A DNA stretch of 64,000 nucleotides from an uncultured bacterium (GCA_963786935.1 CAWBAN010000001.1:224001-288000); one strand, 5' to 3'; positions 29,604 through 39,500 are shown, counted from the first letter of the stretch. The notes: generated by a model from the letters alone, not told the origin. Numbers and translations are program-made.

Positions 29604-29685
29604 GCCGGGGTGGTGGAATTGGCAGACACGCTACTTTGAGGGGGTAGTGGGGCGACCCGTGCGGGTTCAAATCCCGCCCCCGGCA
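29604..29685 (+). tRNA. tRNA-Leu (anticodon GAG), CCA not encoded
   Basis: GCCGGGG acceptor stem, GGAATTGGCAGAC D-arm, CTACT-TTGAGGG-GGTAG anticodon arm, long variable arm, GGTTCAAATCC T-arm; secG-leuU-like synteny. Confidence 0.95.
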
Positions 29686-29696
29686 TTTGAAATTCT

Positions 29697-29724
29697 CGGG
29701 GCTTCTCAAAGCCCCCGTTTTTTA
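29697..29724 (+). terminator. Rho-independent terminator after tRNA-Leu
   Basis: GGGGCTT-ctca-AAGCCCC followed by a T tract. Confidence 0.75.
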
Positions 29725-29763
29725 TTTTCACGGCGGGCCGTCCCGCCGCCGAAGCAGGGGATC

Positions 29764-30267
29764 ATGATCGAGTTCATCGAAGCTCAAGCAGGCGCGCTCA
29801 TCGTCGCGGCTCTCGCGATCGCGGTCGCCGCTCTCGCGTGCGTCGTCGTGGTGCTCGCGCAGCTCGCGCGGCTCAAACGCCCCTTCCGCGGCATGGCGGA
29901 GGTTTACGACAAGAAAGGCTCCGAGGCGGCGCTCGAGGAGCTTCTCAGGGGGGTCGACGAGAACCGCGAGTTTCTGCGCGGCCATTCCGAGGAGATCAAG
30001 CGGATTCTCCATCTGCTCGCGGGCTGCTACAGCGGAACCGGGCTCGTCAAGTACAACGCCTTCGAGGATATCGGCGGCATGCAGAGCTATTCCCTCTGTC
30101 TTCTCACCCGGGAGAAAAACGGCTATATCCTGACGAATCTCGTCGGGAGGACCTCGACGCGCGGGTACGCGCTCGATATTCGCGACGGGAAGCCGTCGCG
30201 GAAGCTGAGCGAAGAGGAGCAGGAAGCGCTCGAGGTCGCGATGAGGTCCTTCGCGGCGACCGCCTGA
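29764..30267 (+). CDS. DUF4446-like membrane-anchored protein
   Basis: N-terminal TM, coiled coil, GLVKYNAFEDIGG.QSYSL.LL...NGY..R..TRGYA motif. Confidence 0.8.
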   Translation: MIEFIEAQAGALIVAALAIAVAALACVVVVLAQLARLKRPFRGMAEVYDKKGSEAALEELLRGVDENREFLRGHSEEIKRILHLLAGCYSGTGLVKYNAFEDIGGMQSYSLCLLTREKNGYILTNLVGRTSTRGYALDIRDGKPSRKLSEEEQEALEVAMRSFAATA

Positions 30268-30288
30268 GCGGTCGAATGCCGGGCCGAA

Positions 30289-30951
30289 TCACCGCCGGAA
30301 CGAATCGTCGTCCCCGCCCCGCCCCGATCCGATCTTCTGGAAGAATCTCCGTATGCGATGAGCGCCCCTGAGGTAGATGAATCCCGCCGCCATTCCGCCG
30401 AGATGGGCGAAATGGGCGATGCCGTCCCGGCCCGAAAACCCGTACGCGAACTCGATGATCGTCATGAAGATGACGAGCGTGCGGGCGCGGACGGGGAGGA
30501 GCCCCCAGACGTAGATCTCGGCATAGGGGAACAGGATGGCGTACGCGAGGAGGATCCCGTAGCCGGCCCCCGAGGCGCCGATGACCGTCGTGTTGAAAGA
30601 AAAGAGAAAGCTGAGGGCCGCGCCGCCGAAACCGCAGAGGAAATAGTAATTGAGGAACCGGTTGCCGCCCCAGACGCTCTCGAGGGGCGAGCCGAACATC
30701 CAGATGATGAACATGTTGAGGATGAGGTGCCAGATGTCCCCGTGCAGGAACATGTAGGTGACGATCTGCCAGATCCAGCCCCTCGTGACGACGAGCCTCG
30801 GCGTGAGCCCGAACATCTCGATGAACGCGGTTCGGGCGAGGATCATCTCGATCACGTAGATGATGACGTTGATGACGATGATCTGGTTGACGACGCTGCC
30901 GGTCAGAAAATCGACGACCGGATTCGACGAGCGCCTGCGATAGTAAGGCAT
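30289..30951 (-). CDS. Rhomboid family intramembrane serine protease
   Basis: WQIVTYMFLHG..HLILNM, IGASGA, AHFAHLGG. Confidence 0.92.
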   Translation of the reverse strand: MPYYRRRSSNPVVDFLTGSVVNQIIVINVIIYVIEMILARTAFIEMFGLTPRLVVTRGWIWQIVTYMFLHGDIWHLILNMFIIWMFGSPLESVWGGNRFLNYYFLCGFGGAALSFLFSFNTTVIGASGAGYGILLAYAILFPYAEIYVWGLLPVRARTLVIFMTIIEFAYGFSGRDGIAHFAHLGGMAAGFIYLRGAHRIRRFFQKIGSGRGGDDDSFRR

Positions 30952-31081
30952 TTCGGCCGTTCCCCCGTTTCGGACGACGATGCCTCATAATAATGCATCG
31001 GATGGCGGCGGGCAACGGGGGAGAGGAACTATTTTTTGGCTCGACCGTTGCATAGCCGTGTGTTAGCTTTCAGCCAGCGAG

Positions 31082-31966
31082 GTGATGCCCGTGCTTAAGA
31101 TGTTACTCGTCGCAACGTTGATTCTCGCCTCGGCACCGGGGATAACCGAGGGAAAGACCTGGATCGTTCCGTCGATGGCGCCCACGATCAAGGCAGCCGT
31201 CGATTCCTGCGCGGTCTCGGGGGACGCCATCTCCATCACGGGGGGCGTGTACCACGAGGGCTCGATCGTCGTGGACGGAAAGAACATTTCGATAAGTCCA
31301 GCCGCCAGCGCGACGGTCATCGTGATCGCGCCTTCGGCGGGGATCGGGACGGGCTTCGTGTTCAGGAACACGAGCGGCGGTTCGATCATCAGCCTTATCG
31401 TGAGAGAATTCGGCACCGCGGTCGCCGTCGAAAACGCCTCTCCTTTGTTTCAATTCATGTCGCTGAAGTCGTGCACGAAGGGCTTGACCGTCGCGGGAGC
31501 CTCCACGGCGATTTTCAACTACAGCATCGTCGATTCGTGCGTCACGGGCATCGAGGTTCAGGCCGGCTCGGTCACCCTCCAGAACGAAACGATCGTGCGC
31601 TGCGGGACGGGCGTGAGGTTCCTCGGCGGAAGCACGACCATGACCCGATCGATCGTATACGGCTGCACGACGGGCGTGCAGTGCTCCGGCGGAGGCGCGA
31701 CCCTCGGTTGCAACGACTTCTGGGTGAATGGAGCGAACTACGACGCGTGCGCGGCGGGAACGAACGATTTCGATCTCGATCCGAAATTCTGCTTCTGGGC
31801 GTCGAGCGGCGGTCCCTATCAGCTTCACTCCACTTCGCCCTGCTTCGTGGTCGCGCTGAATCCATGCAACGTGAAAATCGGCGCCATCACGTCCCCCCTC
31901 GCGGGCTGCTTGGGCACGGCGGTGGAGCGCTCGAACTGGGGATCGATCAAGAACATCTACCGCTGA
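31082..31966 (+). CDS. Secreted right-handed parallel beta-helix protein, Cys-rich, with C-terminal WGxIK tail
   Basis: Signal peptide; TIKAAVD..GDAI.I.GGVYHE cap; beta-helix-like repeats; DPKFC..YQL..SPC..IGA; ends TAVERSNWGSIKNIYR. Confidence 0.75.
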   Translation: MMPVLKMLLVATLILASAPGITEGKTWIVPSMAPTIKAAVDSCAVSGDAISITGGVYHEGSIVVDGKNISISPAASATVIVIAPSAGIGTGFVFRNTSGGSIISLIVREFGTAVAVENASPLFQFMSLKSCTKGLTVAGASTAIFNYSIVDSCVTGIEVQAGSVTLQNETIVRCGTGVRFLGGSTTMTRSIVYGCTTGVQCSGGGATLGCNDFWVNGANYDACAAGTNDFDLDPKFCFWASSGGPYQLHSTSPCFVVALNPCNVKIGAITSPLAGCLGTAVERSNWGSIKNIYR

Positions 31967-31981
31967 TTCGCGGGCGAATCG

Positions 31982-33727
31982 ATGGATCTGTTTCATAATC
32001 CAGCCGGGAGACGAACGTCGAGAGACGCGGCATGGCTCGCCGCCGTCGCGTGCCTCGCGGCGCTCTCGGCGTGCGCGCTCGCCGGCGGGGCGCACGCGCG
32101 CGCCGGAGACAAGGAGAAAACGATCGTGGAGGCGGTGTATTACAACGGGAAGATCCATACGCTGGACGCGGCTCGACCGGTCGTCGAGGCGATCTCGGTC
32201 GCCGGGGGACGCGTCGTCGAGACGGGAAGCTCGCGGGAGCTGCTCGAGCGCTCGGCGCCGCTCACGCGGACGATCGATCTCGGGGGGCGCGCCGTCATCC
32301 CGGGCCTCACCGACGCCCACGCTCATTTTCTCGGGTACGCCAAGCTCGCCACGCGGCTCGATCTCGTCGGCACGGCATCGCTCGACGAGATTCTTGGAAT
32401 GGTCGCCGCGAAGGCCGCTTCCATCCGGACCGGAGAATGGATTCTCGGGAGAGGCTGGGACCAGAACGACTGGCCCGATACGCGCTATCCGGAGCGCCCG
32501 GCCCTCGACCGGATCGCGCCGGACAATCCCGTCTTTCTCGTCCGCGTCTGCGGGCACGCGGCGTACGTCAATTCGGCCGCGCTCCGCGCGGCCGGTGTCT
32601 CGCGGAGCACCGCGGATCCGCAGGGCGGAAAGATCCTCCGGGACGCGCGGGGGGAGCCGACGGGCATCCTCCTCGATAACGCCGTGGAGCTCGTGTCGAA
32701 GGCCGTTCCGCCCCTCTCGCGGGACGAGAAGAGAACGCTCATGGTCGCCGCCGCGCACCGGTGCCTCGCCGCCGGCCTCGTCGGCGTCCATGAGATGGGA
32801 ATCGCGGCCGAGGACGTCTCTCTCTACGAGGAGCTCGCCGCGTCGGGGAGCTTTCCCTTCAGGATCACCGGCTATCTCTCGTCCGACGACCCGGACATCG
32901 GGCCTTTCCGTGAGGCCGGTCCGCGAGCCGGCCGCGGCGACGAGCTCTTCCGGATCGTCGGCGCGAAATTCTACGCGGACGGATCGCTCGGGGCGCGGAG
33001 CGCCGCGCTCATCGACGATTACTCGGACGATCCCGGGAACCGGGGCATTCTCATGCAATCCCCCGACAGCCTGTTCCGGCTGATGCTCCCGTGGCGCGAG
33101 CGCGGATTCCAGACCGCAGTGCACGCGATCGGGGACGGCGGCGTCCGCGAAGCGCTCGACGTGTGCGAGCGGCTCGGAGTCGCGCATCCCGCTCCGGACG
33201 CGAGGCCGCGCGTCGAGCACGCACAGATCGTCGCGGCCGGCGACGTTCCGCGGTTCGCGCGCCTCGGGGTAGTTCCGTCGATGCAGTTCATCCACTGCAC
33301 GTCGGACATGCCGTGGGTCGAGGCGCGGATAGGCGCGGAGCGGGCGGCGGGCGCCTACGCCTGGCGCTCCCTCGTCGCCGCGGGAAGCCGTATTCCGGGC
33401 GGGAGCGATTTTCCGGTGGAGTCGATCGATCCGCTGCTCGGCATCCACGCGGCGGTCACGAGGCGGAATCTCGCGGGCGAGCCGCCGGGCGGGTGGCGCC
33501 CCGAGCAGCGTCTCACCGTCGCGGAGGCCGTCGCCGCCTTCACGGTCGAGGCCGCGTACGCGGCGCACGCCGAGGCGGTCGCGGGATCGCTCGCGCCGGG
33601 CAGGCTCGCCGATTTCATCGTGCTGTCGGACGATATCTTCGCGTCGGATCCCGATCGGATACCGGCGATACGCGTGCTGGCGACGGTGCTCGGCGGGGAG
33701 ATCGTTTACCGCTCGGACTCGCTCTAA
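31982..33727 (+). CDS. Amidohydrolase family 3 (YtcJ-like) metal-dependent hydrolase, probably exported
   Basis: DLGGRAVIPGLTDAHAH, KFYADGSLG, HAIGD, RVEHAQ, GSDFPV, GSLAPGRLADF. Confidence 0.9.
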   Translation: MDLFHNPAGRRTSRDAAWLAAVACLAALSACALAGGAHARAGDKEKTIVEAVYYNGKIHTLDAARPVVEAISVAGGRVVETGSSRELLERSAPLTRTIDLGGRAVIPGLTDAHAHFLGYAKLATRLDLVGTASLDEILGMVAAKAASIRTGEWILGRGWDQNDWPDTRYPERPALDRIAPDNPVFLVRVCGHAAYVNSAALRAAGVSRSTADPQGGKILRDARGEPTGILLDNAVELVSKAVPPLSRDEKRTLMVAAAHRCLAAGLVGVHEMGIAAEDVSLYEELAASGSFPFRITGYLSSDDPDIGPFREAGPRAGRGDELFRIVGAKFYADGSLGARSAALIDDYSDDPGNRGILMQSPDSLFRLMLPWRERGFQTAVHAIGDGGVREALDVCERLGVAHPAPDARPRVEHAQIVAAGDVPRFARLGVVPSMQFIHCTSDMPWVEARIGAERAAGAYAWRSLVAAGSRIPGGSDFPVESIDPLLGIHAAVTRRNLAGEPPGGWRPEQRLTVAEAVAAFTVEAAYAAHAEAVAGSLAPGRLADFIVLSDDIFASDPDRIPAIRVLATVLGGEIVYRSDSL

Positions 33728-35426
33728 TCCTCTCTCGTTCTCGGCAGAATCGTCGGAAGGGGAAGATCTCTCGAAGCGAGGAGCATCTTGGCGAGCTCCT
33801 CCTGCGGATTGGCGTATCCGAACACGTACGAGATGTTCTTGATCATCTCATCGACGAGAATCATCGAAATCGCGGGATAGGCGAGCGACGGCGACACCGA
33901 CGCCGCGAGCACCTCGCGCTCCGCCTCGCCGCGCTCGAGCCCGAGCGTCGAGACGAGATACCCGGCCGCGGCCTCCGAGGTCATCGTGCCCGCGTGCAGG
34001 GAGAGGACGACGATGAGCCGCGCGTACTGCCGCACCTGATCCTCGAGGACGAGGTTGTAGAGCGCGGCGTCGCGCTTTTTGATCTCCGCCGAAAGCTCGA
34101 GAACGGCGAGGTAGCGCCATCCGGCCTCGAAGGTGGCGCTCGCGAAGATCTCCGCGACCGTATCCCGGGCCGCGCATCGGAGCAGGCCCGGCTCGAGCAT
34201 GCGCGGGACGGCGTCGAGGAGCGCGAACCGCAGCGCCGCCTCGCTCTCGCGCCTCGCTCCCGCCGGAAGCGCGACGGCCATCCGGCACGGGGGCGCCGGG
34301 CCCGCCGCCGCGACCGCCGCGGCCTCGCGGGCCGGGGGAATCGAGAGGCAGGGGTTCTCCGAGGAGCGCGAGACGTACCGCGGCGACGACGGGTACGCGA
34401 TCGCGACCCGCTCGCGCGGCGGATTCCCCGGGGGAGCGCCCCGGTCGCAGAGGGCCTCGAGCGCGGCGAGCACGCGGGCGGCCTTCGCCTCGAAGGGCTC
34501 GTCTGCCGGGCGCCGGGCGGCCGCCGTGTCCGCGCGCGCCCCCCGCTCCCGCTCGTACTCGATGCGCCTGATGAGGGCCGAGCGCTCGCCCTCGATGCGC
34601 GTGATCTGCTTCTGCGCCTCGGTGACGAGCATGTTCGGATCGGAATCGATCATTTCGTCGTAGCGGAAAATTTTCGTCAGATTCTCCGAGCCGATGATGG
34701 TGCGCCCGTAGGAGGCCGGCAGGAGCGTCGAGGACGCGAATTCGCGGAAATCCCGAATCGCGAATCTCACGGCGTCGAACTCGGCGCTGAGCGATGTCCC
34801 GTATCTCGCCTCCACGAGGCGCGCGAGCCGGGGAAGCCCCGCCTCGAGCGTGTCGAGCCGCTCGAGCGCGCGCCGCAGGTGCCAATCGGCGGGATTCTCG
34901 AGATTCACCGTTCCGTTCGAGAGGAGGGGGGAACGCGGAGGATGCGTTTCCGGTAGGCCTCGAGCTCGCCGTCGTACGGCGGCGCGATTCTCGACGGTAT
35001 CGTCCAGAGCGCCTCTTCCGCGGCCCACGTGTAGAGCAGGGGATTCGAGCGCGTCGAGCCGAGGATTTCGAAGGCGAACCGCTCGCCCCGGAGCCGGTTG
35101 ATGATGACCGTCGCGCGGTCCACGTCGGCCGCGTCCAGACGCCCCGCCGGCAGTTTCGAGAACCGGGATTCGAGGCCCTTCAGCTGCTTGATCGCCTCGT
35201 CGATCTCCTGCTTCGAGTAGGTGAAGAGGAGCGAGTCGGCCGATGCGAAGCCGAGTCGCGAACAGCGGAGCGGTTCGATCCGGATGGAGAGCTCCACGGC
35301 ACTCGAGGCGAGTCGCCGGTACGCGTCGTCGTCGTCCGCGGTGTTTTTCCCGCCGCCGCATCCCGCGGCGAGGGACGCGAACAGGACGACGGCTGATACG
35401 GCGCGGATCGATCCGGGGGCTTTCAC
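33724..35426 (-). CDS. DUF885-like lipoprotein, frameshifted at the G6 run 34926-34931
   Basis: Lipobox LAAG-C in ORF 34905-35426, continuing in the frame of ORF 33724-35361 (LLSNGTVNL...FEAGWRY...ARLIVVLSLHAG..EAEREV). Confidence 0.6.
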
Positions 35427-35633
35427 TCGGCTCCTCTCGCCGCGCGAGGCGTCGCCATCCCTCCGGCCGCGCCCGCGCGTTTCATGCTATATAACCACTC
35501 CCCGCGCGCAAGTAAACAGCTTTCGTCTCCTTCCCGGGGGGAAGAAATTCGCTTATTTCCTTGAGGAGCGCGTCCCGTTTTGCGTACAATTCGCCGACAG
35601 GAATCGCCGTCGTTCGGGCCGGAAGGAGCGCTG

Positions 35634-37097
35634 GTGAACGAGAGGCGCGGAACCGCCGGAAGAAGTCTCATATCGAACCGCTTCGCGGTGATCACCATCG
35701 CGATTCTGTTCGGCGCGAGCCTCGCCGGCTGGATCGCCACCGAGCTCGTTCCCCCCGATTTTCCCGCGCGGGAGGCCTTCTTCCGCGCGGCGTGGGGCAA
35801 CGCGGCCGTCACGGCCGTCACGGCGCTCCGCCTCTTCGATCCCTTCCACTCACTCTGGTATCGTTTCGTCCTCGGGTTCTTCTGCGTCGTGCTGTTCCTC
35901 TGCGTCGTGTCGCGATGGAGGCAGCTGGCGCTGAGCTCGCTCCGCGCGTCGCTCCCCGCCGCCCCCGGCGAGCTCGGCGGAAAGCGGCTCTCGTTCGAAT
36001 TCTCCTGGCGGTCCCTCGCGAGCGGCGGCGGGGGTTCCCGGGATCCCGTCGCGCACTTCGCCGAGCGGTACGGGCGCGCCGAGCCGGTCGACGCGGAAAC
36101 GCTGCGCCGCTCTTTCTCCCGCATCGCCGCGCTTCTCCGGAAGCGGGGATACCGCGTGATTGACCGGGAGAGCCCGGCGGGCATCGCGTTCGCCGCGGTC
36201 GCGGGAAGGCTGCGTTCGCCGGGAACCATGCTCTTCCACGCGGGCATTCTCGTGATCACGATCGGCGGCATCATCGGCAGCTACGGCGGCTGGCGCGAGA
36301 TGGTGTACGTGCGGGAGGGGACGGCCGTTCCGTTCCCGCGGGACAGCTCGCTCTCGATACGCGTCGACGATTTCGAGATCCGGATGACGGAACGCGGGGA
36401 GATACGGAGCTTCGTGTCGACCGTCTCGGTCGCCGACGAGCGGGGAGTCGCCGTCGCTTTCGGCGACGTCGAGGTCAACCGGCCGATGAAGGTCGGCGGC
36501 CGCCGCATCTATCAGAGCGAATACTCCACCGACGACGACGAGTTCGCGCTGGCCCGCATCGAGTACGCGCTGCCGGAGCGGGGCGCGCGCGGCTCGATCG
36601 ATCTCGTCTCCGCCGCTCCGGCTGCGCTCGACAGCGGGCGCGTCGTCGTCACGGTGCTCCGTTTCTTTCCCGATTTCCGGATGGGCTCGAGCGGGCCGTT
36701 CACGGCGAGCCCGTATCCTTCGAATCCGGCCCTCGAGATCGAAGTGGCGTACGGGGGGGACGTGGAGCGCGGATGGCTCTTCCTCTACCACCGTGACTTC
36801 AACACGCGGTTCATCGCGCCCGTCGAGCTCGCGTTCACCCGCTTCGAGCCCGTGTACTACACGGGGCTCGAGGTGAGCGCCGATCCCGGAACGGGGGTCC
36901 TCATCGCGGGCTTCGCCGCCGCCACGCTCGGGCTGCTCCTCATGTACGGCTGCAATCCGCGCGTGGTGAAGGGCTTCGCCCGCCCCGACGGCGTCGTCGT
37001 GGCGGCGCTCGAGCCCCGGTGGCGGGCGAGCTTCGAACGGGAATTCGCCGATCTTCGCGAATCGATGAGAAAAGAGCTCGGACAGGGGGGAGGATAG
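35634..37097 (+). CDS. resB: Cytochrome c biogenesis protein ResB/CcsB (system II)
   Basis: Three N-terminal TMs (FHSLWY, LFHAGIL), VEVNRPM..IYQS, YTGLEVSADPG plus final TM; next to ccsA. Confidence 0.88.
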   Translation: MNERRGTAGRSLISNRFAVITIAILFGASLAGWIATELVPPDFPAREAFFRAAWGNAAVTAVTALRLFDPFHSLWYRFVLGFFCVVLFLCVVSRWRQLALSSLRASLPAAPGELGGKRLSFEFSWRSLASGGGGSRDPVAHFAERYGRAEPVDAETLRRSFSRIAALLRKRGYRVIDRESPAGIAFAAVAGRLRSPGTMLFHAGILVITIGGIIGSYGGWREMVYVREGTAVPFPRDSSLSIRVDDFEIRMTERGEIRSFVSTVSVADERGVAVAFGDVEVNRPMKVGGRRIYQSEYSTDDDEFALARIEYALPERGARGSIDLVSAAPAALDSGRVVVTVLRFFPDFRMGSSGPFTASPYPSNPALEIEVAYGGDVERGWLFLYHRDFNTRFIAPVELAFTRFEPVYYTGLEVSADPGTGVLIAGFAAATLGLLLMYGCNPRVVKGFARPDGVVVAALEPRWRASFEREFADLRESMRKELGQGGG

Positions 37098-37099
37098 CC

Positions 37100-37914
37100 G
37101 TGACATCTGCGCTGGATACGAGATTCTTCTGGCTGTCGTTCTGGCTGTATCTCGCCGCGTTCCTCGTCTTCTGCGGCTACGCGGCCATCCGTCGGCGCGG
37201 CATCGGAATCGCGGCGACGGTCGCGTTCCTCGGCGCGTTCTCGCTGCACACGGCGGGTCTCGCCGCGCGGTGGGTCATCACGACGCATCCGCCCTTTTCG
37301 ACGATGTACGAATACGCCGTGACGATGTCGTGGGCCGTGGCGCTCTCGTTCATCGTCGTCATGGCGCGATTCCGGCGGATGGCGCTCGGGGTGGTCGTGT
37401 CCCCCGTGCTGCTCGTCGTCCTCGTCATCGCCTCGCTCCTGCCGAAGGAAGCGTCGAAGCAGCTCATGCCGGCGCTCCAGAGCTACTGGTTCTACATCCA
37501 CGTGACCCTCGCCGCGTGCGCGGAGGGCGCCTTCATCGTGGCCGCCGGCGCGGGGATCGTCTATCTCCTCCGCCGCCGTTCCGGGACGGGGAGCGGAGCG
37601 TGCTCCCCTCGCCCGACCTGCTCGAGGAGATCATCTCGCGTTCGCTCCGCATCGGGTACCCGCTCTTCACGATCGGAGCGCTCTTCGCCGGCGCGATATG
37701 GGCGCGGTACGCCTGGGGGAGATTCTGGAGCTGGGATCCGAAGGAGACGGGTTCGCTCGTCCTCTGGCTCTACTACACCCTCGTGCTCCATCAGAACGTG
37801 CGCGGCGCCTGGCGCGGCAGAACGCTCGCGATCCTTTCGATCGTGGGGCTCGCGATCGCCATCGTCTCGTTTCTCGGGAATCTCTTCTTCGGCGGGATGC
37901 ACTCGTACGTGTGA
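37100..37914 (+). CDS. ccsA: Cytochrome c biogenesis protein CcsA/ResC, frameshifted near 37583-37591
   Basis: HPPFSTMYE, LMPALQSYWFYIHV in one frame; GAIWARYAWGRFWSWDPKET (WWD domain) and GMHSY in another. Confidence 0.88.
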
Positions 37915-38021
37915 GCCGCCCCGTCACGCGGGTCCTGTCGGCGATTGCACCCCGTCCGTGCTCGCTCGCAAAGCTCGCTCCGCCCGGCCGGGGGCCCCAT
38001 CGCCGCCACCCGCGCGCGAGA

Positions 38022-39500
38022 TTATCTGATCAGGAGGATCTTTCGTTCGACGCGCAGCTTGCCCGCGCGGGCGAGCGCGAAGTAGACGCCCGGCGGGAGG
38101 GGACGGCCGGCGCCGTCCGCGCCGTCCCAGGCGATCCGATGCGCGCCCCGCGCGACCGGCCCCGAAAGCAGGCTCCGCACGCGGCGTCCGCTCGCGTCGT
38201 AGATCGTTACGCTCGCCGCGCACGCCCCGGGCACGGAGAGCTCGATGCTCGTCGAGGCGCCGAACGGATTCGGAGCGACCGCCATGGCGAGCCGGATATC
38301 CGGCGGGGGAGGCGGACCGGCGTCCCCGTCCGCCGTTCCGTTCGAAGGATCGATGTATTCGCGGTAATAGATCTCCTGATTGCCGTCGCGCGAGTCGACC
38401 CAGGCGAGGTGGAGGTTCCGGTTCGGCCCCGCGATGAGGCAGGGGAGCTCCGATATGCCGACGGCGTTCGTGATGCGGACCGGCCCCGTCCAGGCGCCGG
38501 CGACGCGCCTTCTGAAGTAGATCTCCGAGTTCGAGGCGTCCTCGCTCCGCCAGTAGGCGAGCACGGCCTCTCCGTCCGCGGCGGCGATGCTCGGGTGATA
38601 GTGCGTCCTCGCTTCGTTCGTGAGCGCGATCTCACTCTCCCACCCGGCCGGGCCGCGCCGGCGATAATAGATCTGCTCGAACGATCCCCGCTTGTCGATC
38701 CAGGCGACGTGCACGAATCCGCTGTCGTCGACCGCGATGCTCGGCCGCATCGCGTTGTTCGCCGGATCGGTGAGGAGCACCTCGTCGAGCCAGACGCTTC
38801 CGGACCATTCGCGGTAGTAGATCTTTCCGATGAGCGTGTCCCCCCGCGTGTCCCACCACGCGACATGAAGCGATCCGCCGGGACCCGCGACCATCGACGG
38901 AACCATGCGGTTCCCCGTCGCGATGTTCGTGAGGGGCACCGCCGCCGTCCATTTGTTGCTCTTGAAGGCGCGGTAGAGGATCTGGAGATTTCCCGAGGCG
39001 TCCTCCTCCATGTAGACCATGTGCAGGGTGTCCGCCTCGGCGGCGAGCGCCGATCCGAACGATTCTCCCGGGGTGTTCGTGACGCGCCGGTCGTCGTCCC
39101 ATATGCCGGCCCAGTTGTTGTGATAGATTTCTTTGTTTCCGTCGCGCTCGTCGTTCCAGGCGAGATGCAGCCAACCCGAGTCGTCCACCGCGAGATTCGG
39201 TCTCGCCGAATAGGCGGGATCGTTCGTGACGCGTTCGTCGGCGCCCCAGGCTGCCCCCGCTCTCATCTTGTGGTAGATTTCGAAGTTTCTATCCCGCTCG
39301 TCGAGCCAAACGACGTGGAGATTGCCTTCGAGGTCCACGGCGAGCCATTTCGCGTTGTTGGGGGCCGTGAAGGAGGTGGCGGCGTCGTTCGTCAGACGCA
39401 CTTCGGGCTGCCAGCCCGCCTGAAGCGCGGCCTGTCCGCTTGAAAAGGCAAGCGAAGTGATCGCCGTAACCAATAATATTAGATGAAAATAGGAGTGCAT
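38022..39500 (-). CDS. Secreted seven-repeat beta-propeller protein with C-terminal FlgD-Ig-like / sorting-type domain
   Basis: Signal peptide; seven ~50-aa repeats W...RLTN...P.LAVD..G.LH.AW.D.RDGN.EIY; C-terminal PNPF..IYDASGRRVRSL..WDG..G..LPPGVYF. Confidence 0.8.
   Translation of the reverse strand: MHSYFHLILLVTAITSLAFSSGQAALQAGWQPEVRLTNDAATSFTAPNNAKWLAVDLEGNLHVVWLDERDRNFEIYHKMRAGAAWGADERVTNDPAYSARPNLAVDDSGWLHLAWNDERDGNKEIYHNNWAGIWDDDRRVTNTPGESFGSALAAEADTLHMVYMEEDASGNLQILYRAFKSNKWTAAVPLTNIATGNRMVPSMVAGPGGSLHVAWWDTRGDTLIGKIYYREWSGSVWLDEVLLTDPANNAMRPSIAVDDSGFVHVAWIDKRGSFEQIYYRRRGPAGWESEIALTNEARTHYHPSIAAADGEAVLAYWRSEDASNSEIYFRRRVAGAWTGPVRITNAVGISELPCLIAGPNRNLHLAWVDSRDGNQEIYYREYIDPSNGTADGDAGPPPPPDIRLAMAVAPNPFGASTSIELSVPGACAASVTIYDASGRRVRSLLSGPVARGAHRIAWDGADGAGRPLPPGVYFALARAGKLRVERKILLIR

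Noticed and set aside
29604..32000. tRNA-Leu as an integration site for a genomic island
   Set aside because: No integrase, no duplicated tRNA 3' end seen, and no compositional shift downstream.
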